From the NCBI GenBank assembly GCA_026387335.1, contig JAPLLX010000003.1, forward strand, positions 10,230 through 74,229: 64,000 bases of DNA, written 5' to 3'. The stretch comes from Candidatus Omnitrophota bacterium (lineage in GTDB: Bacteria > Omnitrophota > Gorgyraeia > Gygaellales > Profunditerraquicolaceae). The number at the start of each line of letters is the position of its first letter. Position 1 is the first letter of the stretch. Shown piece by piece: positions 39,339-48,392 of this stretch. The notes below the pieces were generated by a model, which saw only the letters and a program-made list of their open reading frames with translations, was not told the origin of the DNA and did not search any database. The position numbers and the translations under genes were made by a program.

Positions 39339-39911
39339 CTAACTGCCTTTTTTGACCAAAAGGTCAAACTCCACATTCACTTTATCTGATGGGCCCTTAA
39401 AACTTAAAGTAGTATTAACGAACGTATGCGGGATGATATAGACGCTAAAAACATTGGATTTCCGGCCGGCGATGGTCAAGCTTATTCCATCTAGCGCGAT
39501 AGAACCCTTAGGCAGACAATATTTAATGAATTCCGGCGCAATAGCTATATCAAAAGCCAGGTTGCCATTAATATAACCCTTCTTACGGATCAATCCTAAG
39601 CAATCAACATGACCTAAGACAAAATGCCCGGATATTCTGTCCCCCACTTTAAGGCTGCGCTCAAGGTTTACCTTATCCGCGATCTTTAAATCCCTAAGAT
39701 TGGTGATCTTTAAAGTTTCATTTATCGCTTCAAAAGCAAAGGTATCTTTATTAACCGCGATAGCCGTAAGACATACTCCGTTTACCGATATACTGTCGCC
39801 GATTTTTACGCCGGATAAGGTTTTTCCCGCGGTAATTTCAATAAGCGTGATATTACCCCTGCGCGAAACTTTACTTACCCTGCCCAATTCCTCGACTATG
39901 CCGCTAAACAT
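39339..39911 (-). CDS. ribE: Riboflavin synthase (alpha subunit)
   Basis: 190 aa. N-terminus MFSGIVEELG and two lumazine-binding repeats are typical. Confidence 0.88.
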   Translation of the reverse strand: MFSGIVEELGRVSKVSRRGNITLIEITAGKTLSGVKIGDSISVNGVCLTAIAVNKDTFAFEAINETLKITNLRDLKIADKVNLERSLKVGDRISGHFVLGHVDCLGLIRKKGYINGNLAFDIAIAPEFIKYCLPKGSIALDGISLTIAGRKSNVFSVYIIPHTFVNTTLSFKGPSDKVNVEFDLLVKKGS

Positions 39912-41003
39912 TTATCTTACATACCCTTCGATTAAGAAATCTTCGCCTACGCGCTTTAAAGTCACATTTTTTAATTTCAGGGCCCGCTCCACCCGCGCTA
40001 CGCCCTGGCCCATTACCGAACTTATCGCGTCTTTTCCGCCGATAATCTTAGGGCTCAAGAAAAACATTATTTTATCCACTAGACCTTCATCAAACAAGGA
40101 ACCGATAAGCATGCCTCCGCCCTCAACAAGTATATTGGTGATCCCCATACCTGCCAGCTTTTTCAGCATATCCTTTAAATTGACCTGGCCTCCCTTTTCT
40201 TTCGTCTCTAAAATATTAGCCTTACCTGTCAGTATAGCCCTATTTTCGGTCTCCTGGCCCGAACGCGCAGCCAAAGTCGCGATAATTACCGGACTTGAAC
40301 CTAAAAATATATTTGCTTTGCCCGGCGTGCTTAATTGGCTATCGACAACAATTTTTACCGGATGCTTCTTAGAAAACCAAGAGTCTAATTTAGGATTGTC
40401 CCTTAAAACGGTATTTACCCCGACCATAATAGCGTCAAAATTTCCGCGCGAGCGGTGAGCTAAACCCCGGGACTTATCCGAAGTTATCCATTTGGAATCT
40501 CCGGTTTTAGTGGCGATACGGCCATCCAGCGATTGAGCCACCTTAACCGTAACAAAAGGTATTTTTTTGGTGATATATTTTATAAAAGCCTCGTTTAACC
40601 GCTTTAATTCATCCTCTAAAAAGCCTACTTCCACTTTTATTTTATTCTGCCTTAGGATCTCAATACCCTTGCCGTTATTCAACGGGTTCGGATCAACCAT
40701 ACCTACAACGACTTTCTGGACGCCGCTTTTGATGATCCTGGCCACGCAAGGAGGTGTGCGGCCAAAGTGCCTGCATGGCTCAAGAGTAACATAAAGAGTC
40801 GCGTCTTCCGCCAGATCCCCGGCTTCATCCAGAGCCACGACTTCAGCATGACTAAGTCCGGCCTGGGCGTGAAAACCCCTGCCGATTATTTTACCTTTTT
40901 TCACCACCACAGCGCCCACCAGAGGATTAGGAGAAGTTTTCCCTTTGCCCTTTAAGGCTAACTGCATGGCTAAATTCATATAATATTCATGTGTTTTTTT
41001 CAT
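39912..41003 (-). CDS. ribD: Bifunctional diaminohydroxyphosphoribosylaminopyrimidine deaminase / 5-amino-6-(5-phosphoribosylamino)uracil reductase
   Basis: 363 aa with an N-terminal CDA-fold deaminase (HAEVVAL...PCRH..C) and a C-terminal DHFR-like reductase. Confidence 0.88.
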   Translation of the reverse strand: MKKTHEYYMNLAMQLALKGKGKTSPNPLVGAVVVKKGKIIGRGFHAQAGLSHAEVVALDEAGDLAEDATLYVTLEPCRHFGRTPPCVARIIKSGVQKVVVGMVDPNPLNNGKGIEILRQNKIKVEVGFLEDELKRLNEAFIKYITKKIPFVTVKVAQSLDGRIATKTGDSKWITSDKSRGLAHRSRGNFDAIMVGVNTVLRDNPKLDSWFSKKHPVKIVVDSQLSTPGKANIFLGSSPVIIATLAARSGQETENRAILTGKANILETKEKGGQVNLKDMLKKLAGMGITNILVEGGGMLIGSLFDEGLVDKIMFFLSPKIIGGKDAISSVMGQGVARVERALKLKNVTLKRVGEDFLIEGYVR

Positions 41004-41824
41004 TTTAGGTTTTCCTTCGCCTCTTTTAACTTCTCAACCAACTCATACGACACCTTTAGCGAACCTATACGCACCTCAGGCTTAGCCTTACCGTGGCAAT
41101 CCGAACCTCCCGTAACCAAAAGGCCGTTCTTTTTAGCCATATCCAGATAAAAATTAACTGTCCCTTGAGAATGTTCCGGATAGTAAACCTCTAAACCCAT
41201 AAGCCCGGATTTTACAAACTCTAAAATTAATTCGTCATTGTTCAGAGTATATGGATGCGCCAGGACAGGAATGCCTCCCGAGTCCTTAATAAATTTTATA
41301 GCTTCCTGGGGGCTGAAACGAAACCCGCAAACATAGGCCGGGCCGTTATCTCCGATATACTTCTGAAAGACTTCAAAGAGCGAACCGCAGAAACCTTCTT
41401 TTACCAAAGCCCGCCCGATATGCAGCCTGCCCACTGTGCCTTTACCAGCCAGCGCAAATACTTTCTGCGCTTCTAAACCAATCCCCAGGCCGTTTAATTT
41501 TTTTATTATTTTATGCACGCGCTCAATACGGTTGGCTTTCAGGATTTCCAGTTTATCCAGAAGAAATTTCTTCTTAAAATCAACCAAATAACCCAGTATG
41601 TGGATTTCCTGATTATTGTATTCCGCGCTTAGCTCTACCCCGGGCAAGACTTCTATCCCGCTATCTTTAGCCGCCTCTATTGTCGGCTGCACTCCGCTTA
41701 CGGTATCATGATCAACCAAGGCAATAGCCGCTAAACCGGCCTTAAGAGCGGCCGTAACTAATTCTTCAGGGGTATACGTACCATCTGAAAATATGGTGTG
41801 TAAATGCAGGTCTGCGGATTTCAT
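41000..41824 (-). CDS. PHP-domain metal-dependent phosphoesterase
   Basis: 274 aa. N-terminus DLHLHTIFSDG (His-His motif) is typical of the PHP family. Confidence 0.75.
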   Translation of the reverse strand: MKSADLHLHTIFSDGTYTPEELVTAALKAGLAAIALVDHDTVSGVQPTIEAAKDSGIEVLPGVELSAEYNNQEIHILGYLVDFKKKFLLDKLEILKANRIERVHKIIKKLNGLGIGLEAQKVFALAGKGTVGRLHIGRALVKEGFCGSLFEVFQKYIGDNGPAYVCGFRFSPQEAIKFIKDSGGIPVLAHPYTLNNDELILEFVKSGLMGLEVYYPEHSQGTVNFYLDMAKKNGLLVTGGSDCHGKAKPEVRIGSLKVSYELVEKLKEAKENLK

Positions 41825-42237
41825 TTTTTCTTTTCGAGTTTTACTTTATCTAATATCGCGTTGACGAACTTTCCCGATTCCAGGCCGGAGAATTTCTTGG
41901 CCAATTCAACCGCTTCGTTAATCGAGACCTTCGGCGGGATATCCTCGCGGTAGAGCAGCTCAAAACAACCCAGCCGCATTATGTTCCTATCTACCACAGC
42001 CATGCGCTTAAGCTGCCAGTTAGTCGCAAACTGCACTATTTTTTTATCAATTTCTTCCCGGTTTCCCGCGACTCCGATAACCAGCTGCGCAGAAAATTCT
42101 TTTAAAGTAGCATCGATCTCTTCATCGCTATGGTTAGACCAAAAATTATCTAACGCGTTTTCCGGGGTATCGCTGGTAATATCCAGTTGATAAAGGACCT
42201 GCAGCGCGAATTCCCGGGCGAGTGTGCGTTTACGCAT
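41821..42237 (-). CDS. nusB: Transcription antitermination factor NusB
   Basis: 138 aa. The RTLAREFALQVLYQ start and all-helical profile are typical of NusB. Confidence 0.85.
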   Translation of the reverse strand: MRKRTLAREFALQVLYQLDITSDTPENALDNFWSNHSDEEIDATLKEFSAQLVIGVAGNREEIDKKIVQFATNWQLKRMAVVDRNIMRLGCFELLYREDIPPKVSINEAVELAKKFSGLESGKFVNAILDKVKLEKKK

Positions 42238-42238
42238 A

Positions 42239-42706
42239 TTATTTAACTTTTTCTAAAAGATTGACCATTTCAATCGCGGACAACGCGGCGTTAGCGCCTT
42301 TATTGCCGTCCTTAGTGCCCGAGCGTTCTACCGCCTGCTCAATGGTATCAGCGGTGATAATTCCGAATATAACCGGCAAGCCCGTATCCAAAGAAACCTT
42401 AGCTATACCTTTGGCCACTTCGGAAGCAATGTAATCAAAATGCGGAGTAGCTCCGCGGATAACCGTACCCAGGCAAATCAGGGCGTCATAATTTTTTCCT
42501 TTAGCTAATTTTTGGGCGACAGTAGGAATTTCAAATGCTCCGGGTACCCAGGTTACGCTTAAATCCTGGTCATCCGCGCCGTGCCTGACTAAAGTATCCA
42601 AACATCCGGAAACCAATTCCTTAGTCAGAAAATTATTGAAACGCGAAGCCACTATGCCAAATTTCTTTCCTTTTGCGATCAAATTACCTTCGATCACCTT
42701 TACCAT
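42239..42706 (-). CDS. ribH: 6,7-dimethyl-8-ribityllumazine synthase
   Basis: 155 aa with the lumazine synthase pattern ([15 protein letters not shown]). Confidence 0.88.
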   Translation of the reverse strand: MVKVIEGNLIAKGKKFGIVASRFNNFLTKELVSGCLDTLVRHGADDQDLSVTWVPGAFEIPTVAQKLAKGKNYDALICLGTVIRGATPHFDYIASEVAKGIAKVSLDTGLPVIFGIITADTIEQAVERSGTKDGNKGANAALSAIEMVNLLEKVK

Positions 42707-42795
42707 CTTATTCCTCCTTTAATTTTCCCCCGACATAATTGTCGGAAAATTATCCCGAGTCCGCCATTAAATCGGTGGCGGACGAGGGACTTTGT

Positions 42796-44007
42796 CTACT
42801 CTATATTTAAATTGTGCCCGAGTTTTTCTTTTTTTGTCTTTAGATAACGGTAGTTGGACGGATTGGGCTCGATCTCTAACGCTACGCGCTCCACAACATG
42901 CAGGCCATATCCTTCTAAACCGACAATCTTACGCGGGTTATTCGTAAGTAATCTTATATCCTTAATACCTAAATCCACCAGTATTTGGGCGCCGATACCG
43001 TAATCGCGCAAGTCCGCTTTGTGGCCCAGGGCCTCATTGGCTTCCACCGTATCCAGGCCTTTATCCTGTAGATTATAAGCGCGGATCTTATCGACCAGGC
43101 CTATACCGCGGCCCTCCTGATTCATATAAAGAATGACTCCCTTACCTTCTTTACCGATGATTTGCATACTCTTATTTAACTGCCGTCCGCAATCGCAACG
43201 CAATGACCCGAAAACATCTCCGGTCAGGCATTCTGAATGCACGCGCACCAGGACCGGCTCGTCTTTCCATTCCCCGATAGTCAGGGCAATATGGACTTTT
43301 TGGTTAGTCCGGTCGCAATAGAGAATAAACTTATATTCGCCGAATTCCGTAGGCAGCTTGGTCTCGGTTAATTTCTCGACTAATTTTTCAAAACGGCGGC
43401 GGTATTCAATAAGGTTAGCGATAGAGCAAATCTTTAGATTGTGAATCTTAGAAAATTCCAGTAGCTGCGGTAAGCGGGCCATTGAGCCGTCATCGTTCAT
43501 TATTTCGCAAATTACTCCTGCCGGATATAATGAGCTTGAGCGCATAAGGTCTATTGCCGCCTCGGTATGGCCGGCGCGGACCAACACTCCGCCAAGCCTA
43601 GCCCGTAAAGGAAAGGTGTGGCCCGGGCGGATAAGGTCATCCGGCTTAGATTGCGGATTGATTAAAATCTCGATTGTGCGAGCGCGGTCGTAAGCGGAGA
43701 TTCCCGTAGTTATTCCTCTTGCCGCATCCACAGAGATCATCCAGGCGGTAGCAAAAGGGTCTTCCTGGCCAGAAGCCGCCTTATCCGTTAACATCGGCTC
43801 TAAATTAAGCGCTTCCAGCCTCTCTTCTTCCATCGGCACGCAAATAAGCCCCCGGCCGAATTTCGCCATAAAGTTTATGTGCTCAGGCTTAACAAAAGAA
43901 GCCGGCATGACCAAATCACCTTCATTCTCGCGGTCTTCATCATCAACCACGATAACCATTTTGCCGTTCTTTAAGTCTTCCAGGATTTGCGGTATGGTAT
44001 TGAACAT
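42796..44007 (-). CDS. ribBA: Bifunctional 3,4-dihydroxy-2-butanone-4-phosphate synthase / GTP cyclohydrolase II
   Basis: 404 aa from MFNTIPQILEDL with RBS AAGGAG 7 nt upstream. DHBP synthase N-half and GCHII C-half (CxxC...C). The track ORF's 15-aa upstream extension would read through the attenuator terminator. Confidence 0.88.
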   Translation of the reverse strand: MFNTIPQILEDLKNGKMVIVVDDEDRENEGDLVMPASFVKPEHINFMAKFGRGLICVPMEEERLEALNLEPMLTDKAASGQEDPFATAWMISVDAARGITTGISAYDRARTIEILINPQSKPDDLIRPGHTFPLRARLGGVLVRAGHTEAAIDLMRSSSLYPAGVICEIMNDDGSMARLPQLLEFSKIHNLKICSIANLIEYRRRFEKLVEKLTETKLPTEFGEYKFILYCDRTNQKVHIALTIGEWKDEPVLVRVHSECLTGDVFGSLRCDCGRQLNKSMQIIGKEGKGVILYMNQEGRGIGLVDKIRAYNLQDKGLDTVEANEALGHKADLRDYGIGAQILVDLGIKDIRLLTNNPRKIVGLEGYGLHVVERVALEIEPNPSNYRYLKTKKEKLGHNLNIE

Positions 44008-44022
44008 TATGCTACTCCTTAA

Positions 44023-44050
44023 ATAAAAAACCCGAAGATAATCTCCGGGC
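44023..44050 (-). terminator. Riboswitch attenuator: intrinsic terminator hairpin + U-tract immediately upstream of the ribBA RBS
   Basis: Minus-strand reading gCCCGGAGAttaTCTTCGGGtttttta. The ribBA RBS AAGGAG follows 3 nt downstream. Confidence 0.7.
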
Positions 44051-44060
44051 ATGAATTACT

Positions 44061-44178
44061 CTTAATCTCCTCCCATCTAGACTTTTACAATCGGCTCTGG
44101 AAATTATCCAGATCATGCTTCCTATCGGAAGCTCGCGGGCTTGCCGCCGGTCGGGAATTTCACCCTGCCCTGAAGATT
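44061..44178 (-). promoter_or_regulatory. FMN riboswitch (RFN element)
   Basis: Minus-strand reading tcttcagggcAGGGTGAAATTCCCGACCGGCGGcaAGCCCGCGAGCttccgataggaagcatGATCTGGataATTTCCAGagCCGAttgtaaaaGTCTAGATGGGAGgaga. It matches the conserved RFN core blocks almost exactly. Confidence 0.9.
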
Positions 44179-44240
44179 AATCTGATTTATTAGTGTAACA
44201 CAAATTCTTGCCTTGTCAATAGCCTTAAAAGAGTTATAAT

Positions 44241-44723
44241 ATGAGCATAATTATGCAAAACCTTATAAAACAAACACATATGCGCCTGCTAAAAAGCGGC
44301 AGGACTATAGCCACGGCTGAATCTTGCACTGCCGGACTCCTCTCTTCTTTTCTTACCCGGTTTTCCGGCAGCTCCCGCTATTTTATTCTTGGGTTAGCTA
44401 CTTACAGTAATAAAGTTAAGGAAAATATATTAAAAATTCCGGCTGCCATTATCCGTAAAAAAGGCGCGGTTTCCAAAGAAGTCGCGCTCCTTATGGCAAA
44501 AAATGTACGTAAACTGGCTAAGGCTGACTTGGGAGTAAGCCTGACCGGTATTGCCGGGCCAACCGGTGGCTCGCCCCGCAAACCCGTAGGCACAGTCTTC
44601 ATCGCCCTCTCCTCTAAAAATAAAACCATCTGCAAGAAATTCATCTTTAAGGGTAATCGCAGCGCTATCCGAAAACAAGCAGCCTTAAAAGCATTACAAC
44701 TATTAAAATTATTTATAAGCTAA
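44241..44723 (+). CDS. CinA C-terminal domain protein (PncC-like NMN amidohydrolase)
   Basis: 160 aa with the CinA-C signature TAESCTAGL...GIAGP. Divergently arranged from the rib operon. Confidence 0.8.
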   Translation: MSIIMQNLIKQTHMRLLKSGRTIATAESCTAGLLSSFLTRFSGSSRYFILGLATYSNKVKENILKIPAAIIRKKGAVSKEVALLMAKNVRKLAKADLGVSLTGIAGPTGGSPRKPVGTVFIALSSKNKTICKKFIFKGNRSAIRKQAALKALQLLKLFIS

Positions 44724-44734
44724 TTTGGCCCCAG

Positions 44735-44756
44735 CGTCTGGCCTTGTCTTGTTTCA
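44735..44756 (+). repeat. 22-nt sequence gcgtctggccttgtcttgtttc, exact inverted copy of 5514-5535
   Basis: Perfect 22/22 reverse-complement identity. Both copies lie 10-30 nt downstream of a stop codon, in the sense orientation of the preceding gene. Confidence 0.7.
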
Positions 44757-44765
44757 CAATAAAAA

Positions 44766-45338
44766 ATGAGAGCATTTATTGCCATTGAATTACCGCAAGA
44801 GATAAAAGATAAACTCGCCCAACTTCAGGCGCTGCTTAAAGAATCCCGGGCGGATGTAAAATGGGTCGAGCCAAAGAATATTCATTTAACCCTGAAATTT
44901 TTGGGTGAAATCGATGAAGATAAATCGGTCAAAATTTCCGGAATTATCGAGGATATAGCTAAAGAATCCCGGCAGTTCCCTATAAGCCTCTCTTCTCTCG
45001 GCGCATTCCCTAAGTTAGACTTCGCCCGGGTAATCTGGATAGGAATCGATAAAGGGGATCAAGAAACTAAACTACTGGCTAAAGGATTAGAAGAGAGGAT
45101 CGAAAAATTGGGGATTCTCAAAGAAGAACGGGTTTTTTCTACGCATATAACTATTGGCAGGGTAAGAAGCCCGCTGAATAAAGATAAACTGGCTGAAGCT
45201 TTAAAGAAACTAGGGGATTATTTTGCCGGTAAGAATATTAAATTTACGGTAACCAAGATTACCTTGTTTAAGAGCACGCTTGGCTCAAGCGGCCCGGTCT
45301 ATGAGGCGCTCAAAACCCTGGATATTACTACCACCTGA
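44766..45338 (+). CDS. thpR: RNA 2',3'-cyclic phosphodiesterase (2H family, LigT/ThpR)
   Basis: 190 aa with two H-x-T-x motifs (HLTLKF, HITIGR). Confidence 0.85.
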   Translation: MRAFIAIELPQEIKDKLAQLQALLKESRADVKWVEPKNIHLTLKFLGEIDEDKSVKISGIIEDIAKESRQFPISLSSLGAFPKLDFARVIWIGIDKGDQETKLLAKGLEERIEKLGILKEERVFSTHITIGRVRSPLNKDKLAEALKKLGDYFAGKNIKFTVTKITLFKSTLGSSGPVYEALKTLDITTT

Positions 45339-45760
45339 AGCACGATATTAGTGTAAAGGCCCGCGACAATATCATCACTCATAATACCTAAACTTCCCTT
45401 TAATCTCTCTAGTCTCCCGACCGGATAAGGTTTAAGGGTATCCAATATGCGAAAGATAACGAAGGCCACTACAATGAACTTAATATCATAAGGCAGGAAT
45501 AAAAGGCTCAGGAGCATTCCGCAGACCTCATCTATAACAATACAAGAAGGGTCCTTCTTTTGCATCAACCTCTCTGCCCGGCCGCCAACAAAAAAACCTA
45601 AGGCTAATAGCCCGCCAAGAGTTAAAATATGGGCAAAAGTATTATTTTTAACCAGCAAGAATATAAACACGCCGGCCAAGCTTCCGGCAGTGCCCGGAAT
45701 AAGCGGGAAATACCCTACGTAAAAGAAGGTGCTTATCAACCTAAGCAGAAATTTAGACAT
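45299..45760 (-). CDS. pgpA: Phosphatidylglycerophosphatase A
   Basis: 153 aa. N-terminus FFYVGYFPLIPGTAGSL is the PgpA signature. The 3' end overlaps thpR convergently by 40 nt. Confidence 0.8.
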   Translation of the reverse strand: MSKFLLRLISTFFYVGYFPLIPGTAGSLAGVFIFLLVKNNTFAHILTLGGLLALGFFVGGRAERLMQKKDPSCIVIDEVCGMLLSLLFLPYDIKFIVVAFVIFRILDTLKPYPVGRLERLKGSLGIMSDDIVAGLYTNIVLQVVVISRVLSAS

Positions 45761-46339
45761 TTAGAGCTTGGTAATAACCTTGCGGTTTTCCCAAAGATAA
45801 GAAAGGCCTGAATAGAGAGTAAGCCCGACAGTAAGCAGCATCATAATATTGATGCTTTTACGGAAGAACTCCTCCCAAAGAGGGTTCCAGCTGGAGAACG
45901 TCATTACCGATTCTTTGACCACGATAAAACCGAGGATATAAAATATCACTATCATCTGGGAAGCGGTTTTATGCTTTCCTGCCCGGGCAGCGGATAAAAC
46001 CTTCCCTTTATTCAACGCAAACAAGCGTAAAGAAGTAATCAGGATCTCGCGCGATACGATAATCACAAACATCCAGGCGCTAATCAGCTGTAGCTGCAGG
46101 AATACGGCAAACGCCGCCAAGACCAGGATCTTATCGGCAATTGGATCCATCAGCCGGCCAAAATCAGTGACCATATTCCTCTTATGCGCGATCATCCCGT
46201 CAAAGAGGTCCGAAAGAGCGGCCAGGGTAAAAATAATCAAAGCGCTCACCTTAGCCCATAGCCCATGCCACGATAAAACAATTATAAAAACAAAAGTCAG
46301 TAGGATCCTAAGCATTGTCAGCCTGTTTGCCAGATTCAT
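45761..46339 (-). CDS. pgsA: CDP-diacylglycerol--glycerol-3-phosphate 3-phosphatidyltransferase
   Basis: 192 aa with the CDP-alcohol phosphatidyltransferase motif D..DG....AR......G...D...D. Confidence 0.85.
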   Translation of the reverse strand: MNLANRLTMLRILLTFVFIIVLSWHGLWAKVSALIIFTLAALSDLFDGMIAHKRNMVTDFGRLMDPIADKILVLAAFAVFLQLQLISAWMFVIIVSREILITSLRLFALNKGKVLSAARAGKHKTASQMIVIFYILGFIVVKESVMTFSSWNPLWEEFFRKSINIMMLLTVGLTLYSGLSYLWENRKVITKL

Positions 46340-47583
46340 TCTTTTACCTCCCCCACAAGGTCATATTCTAAAGTATCGTTGATTTTTACTTTTACAAAAT
46401 CACCCGGATAAATAACTTTTTTGGACTTAACATAAACCAGGCCGTCTACTTCCGGAGCGTCATATTGCGTACGTCCAAGATAAGAGCCATTATCCTCTTC
46501 ATCAATCAAAATTTCAAGGGTTTTTCCTAAAAATTTATTATTAATCGCGGTGGAAATCTCCTGTTGCGTGGACATAATCCGGTCCAACCGGCGAGATTTT
46601 ATTTTCTCGGGCACTTGGTCCTTAAAATTATAGGCGCGCGTCCCTGTTTCGCGCGAATAACTAAACGCCCCCAATCTTTCAAACTTCATTTCTTGGATAA
46701 AATTAAGCAGCTCCTCAAACTCCTTCTCTGTCTCTCCGGGGAAACCGACAATAACCGAAGTGCGCAAGGCAACCCCGGGTATGTTTTTCCTGATCTTCTC
46801 AATTATCTTTATAATGCCTGCGCGGGTAATGCCTCTATTCATTTTCTTTAAAATACGCTCATTGATATGTTGCACCGGAAGATCAATATACTTACAGACT
46901 TTGGGTTCATTTTTAATCACATTTAACAATTCATCCGTAACGCGAGCGGGGTTTAAATAAAGCAGGCGGATCCAATTAATATTTTTTGCGGCTCTGGTGA
47001 CCTTACGGATAAGAGAGGCTAAATTTTCCCTACCCTTTAAATCCAGGCCGTATCCGCTAATATCCTGGCCAATGATATTAAGTTCAGAGATCTTATCGCG
47101 GCTAAATTTCTTTACTTCGGCGATAATCGAACTTGGGGCGCGGCTTACAAATTTACCTTTAATCTTAGGTATGACGCAAAAACTGCAGGCATTAACGCAA
47201 CCTTCGCAAATCTTTAAGTAGGCGAAATGTTTAGGGGTAATCGGGAATCTTTTGCAGGCAGGAGTTAAGGAAATTTTGCCGATAAAGGCGTCTACTTCGG
47301 GGAGTTCTTTTTTTAATTCCTCTTTATAGCGCTGGGGCAGGCAGCCATAAACAATAATCTTTTTTAAGCGGCCTTCTTTTTTTAACTCGACCAGGTCCAG
47401 AATCGCGGCGATTGATTCTTTCTTGGCTTCTTCTATAAAAGCGCAGGTATTAATTAAAGCGACATCCGCTTTATCTATATCCACAACAGGATGCCCTTTT
47501 AAATCAAGCCTGCCTAAGAGCTCCTCCGAATCTACCAGATTTCTCGGGCAGCCCAGGCTTAATATCCCCACCTTCGCTTTCAT
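46336..47583 (-). CDS. rimO: Ribosomal protein S12 methylthiotransferase (radical SAM MTTase + TRAM)
   Basis: 415 aa. N-terminus SLGCPRNLVDSE, radical SAM CxxxCxxC (CSFCVIP) and a C-terminal TRAM domain. Assignment as RimO rather than MiaB is by N-terminal similarity and length. Confidence 0.7.
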   Translation of the reverse strand: MKAKVGILSLGCPRNLVDSEELLGRLDLKGHPVVDIDKADVALINTCAFIEEAKKESIAAILDLVELKKEGRLKKIIVYGCLPQRYKEELKKELPEVDAFIGKISLTPACKRFPITPKHFAYLKICEGCVNACSFCVIPKIKGKFVSRAPSSIIAEVKKFSRDKISELNIIGQDISGYGLDLKGRENLASLIRKVTRAAKNINWIRLLYLNPARVTDELLNVIKNEPKVCKYIDLPVQHINERILKKMNRGITRAGIIKIIEKIRKNIPGVALRTSVIVGFPGETEKEFEELLNFIQEMKFERLGAFSYSRETGTRAYNFKDQVPEKIKSRRLDRIMSTQQEISTAINNKFLGKTLEILIDEEDNGSYLGRTQYDAPEVDGLVYVKSKKVIYPGDFVKVKINDTLEYDLVGEVKE

Positions 47584-48392
47584 CTGGGGATCCTTAAGCC
47601 GTCTTTCTCGGTAATTATTATATTTTTGAGTTGCTCTCCCCTTCTACCTAAATTTGTAAAACGCTGGCCATTTACAATCAGCTCTACGGCTGCAGCTGAT
47701 CCTAAGGAAAGCTCTATTTTTTCTTTAGCCTTCCAGCTATCTGACCTGCCTTTTTCTAAGACTCTATGTAAAACTACCCTGCCGTCTACCTTGACCAAAA
47801 CAAGGCAGTTCTCTTTTGCGCTGATAACCAGGGTTATCCCGCTGCTAGCCTCTTTCGGGATCCTGGCTTCAGTAACCTGCTGTTTTGCTACCGGGCTCTT
47901 CTCTTTGAGCCGGCTTTGCGCTTTCTCTTTCTGGATATGGGCGACTGCCGGAGAGATTTTGGGCCGGGAAGAAATAAACTCGCCCAATTTTAATAAAATT
48001 ATGCCGAATACAATCACGGCCAATATGGATATAATTATACCTTTTAGTTTCTTATTCGGCCGCAGAGAATTTATTTTTAAGCTTGCGTTTTCCAGGAATG
48101 ACGGAACCTTTAAGGGCCTATCGTCAGAAGGCTTAGGAACCGCTACGTTCAAAGATGAGTGCAGGCCATCTTTATAGTCGGGAATGCATTCTTTGGGATC
48201 CACCCCCAAAAACTTGCAATAAATTTTTAAAAAACCTTTTAAATATATCGGGCTTAAATTAGTCAGGCCATCGCCTTCTATGGCCTTAAGGATATTCGGA
48301 TGGATCCTGGTCTTTTTATTAACCTCTTCCAGGCTGAGGCCTTTATTCAGGCGTATCTTTTTTAGTCTTTCTCCGACCGATTCTGTGCTCAT
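47580..48392 (-). CDS. rodZ: Cytoskeleton protein RodZ-like (HTH XRE + TM + DUF4115-like C-terminus)
   Basis: 270 aa with an N-terminal XRE HTH (GERLKKIRLNKGLSLEEV), a central TM segment and a C-terminal beta domain. Confidence 0.7.
   Translation of the reverse strand: MSTESVGERLKKIRLNKGLSLEEVNKKTRIHPNILKAIEGDGLTNLSPIYLKGFLKIYCKFLGVDPKECIPDYKDGLHSSLNVAVPKPSDDRPLKVPSFLENASLKINSLRPNKKLKGIIISILAVIVFGIILLKLGEFISSRPKISPAVAHIQKEKAQSRLKEKSPVAKQQVTEARIPKEASSGITLVISAKENCLVLVKVDGRVVLHRVLEKGRSDSWKAKEKIELSLGSAAAVELIVNGQRFTNLGRRGEQLKNIIITEKDGLRIPR

Noticed and set aside
43990-44052. 15-aa N-terminal extension of the ribBA track ORF (MPGDYLRVFYLRSSIM...)
   Set aside because: That start would lie inside the riboswitch terminator hairpin. 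The internal ATG (MFNTIPQ) has a canonical AAGGAG RBS right after the U-tract.
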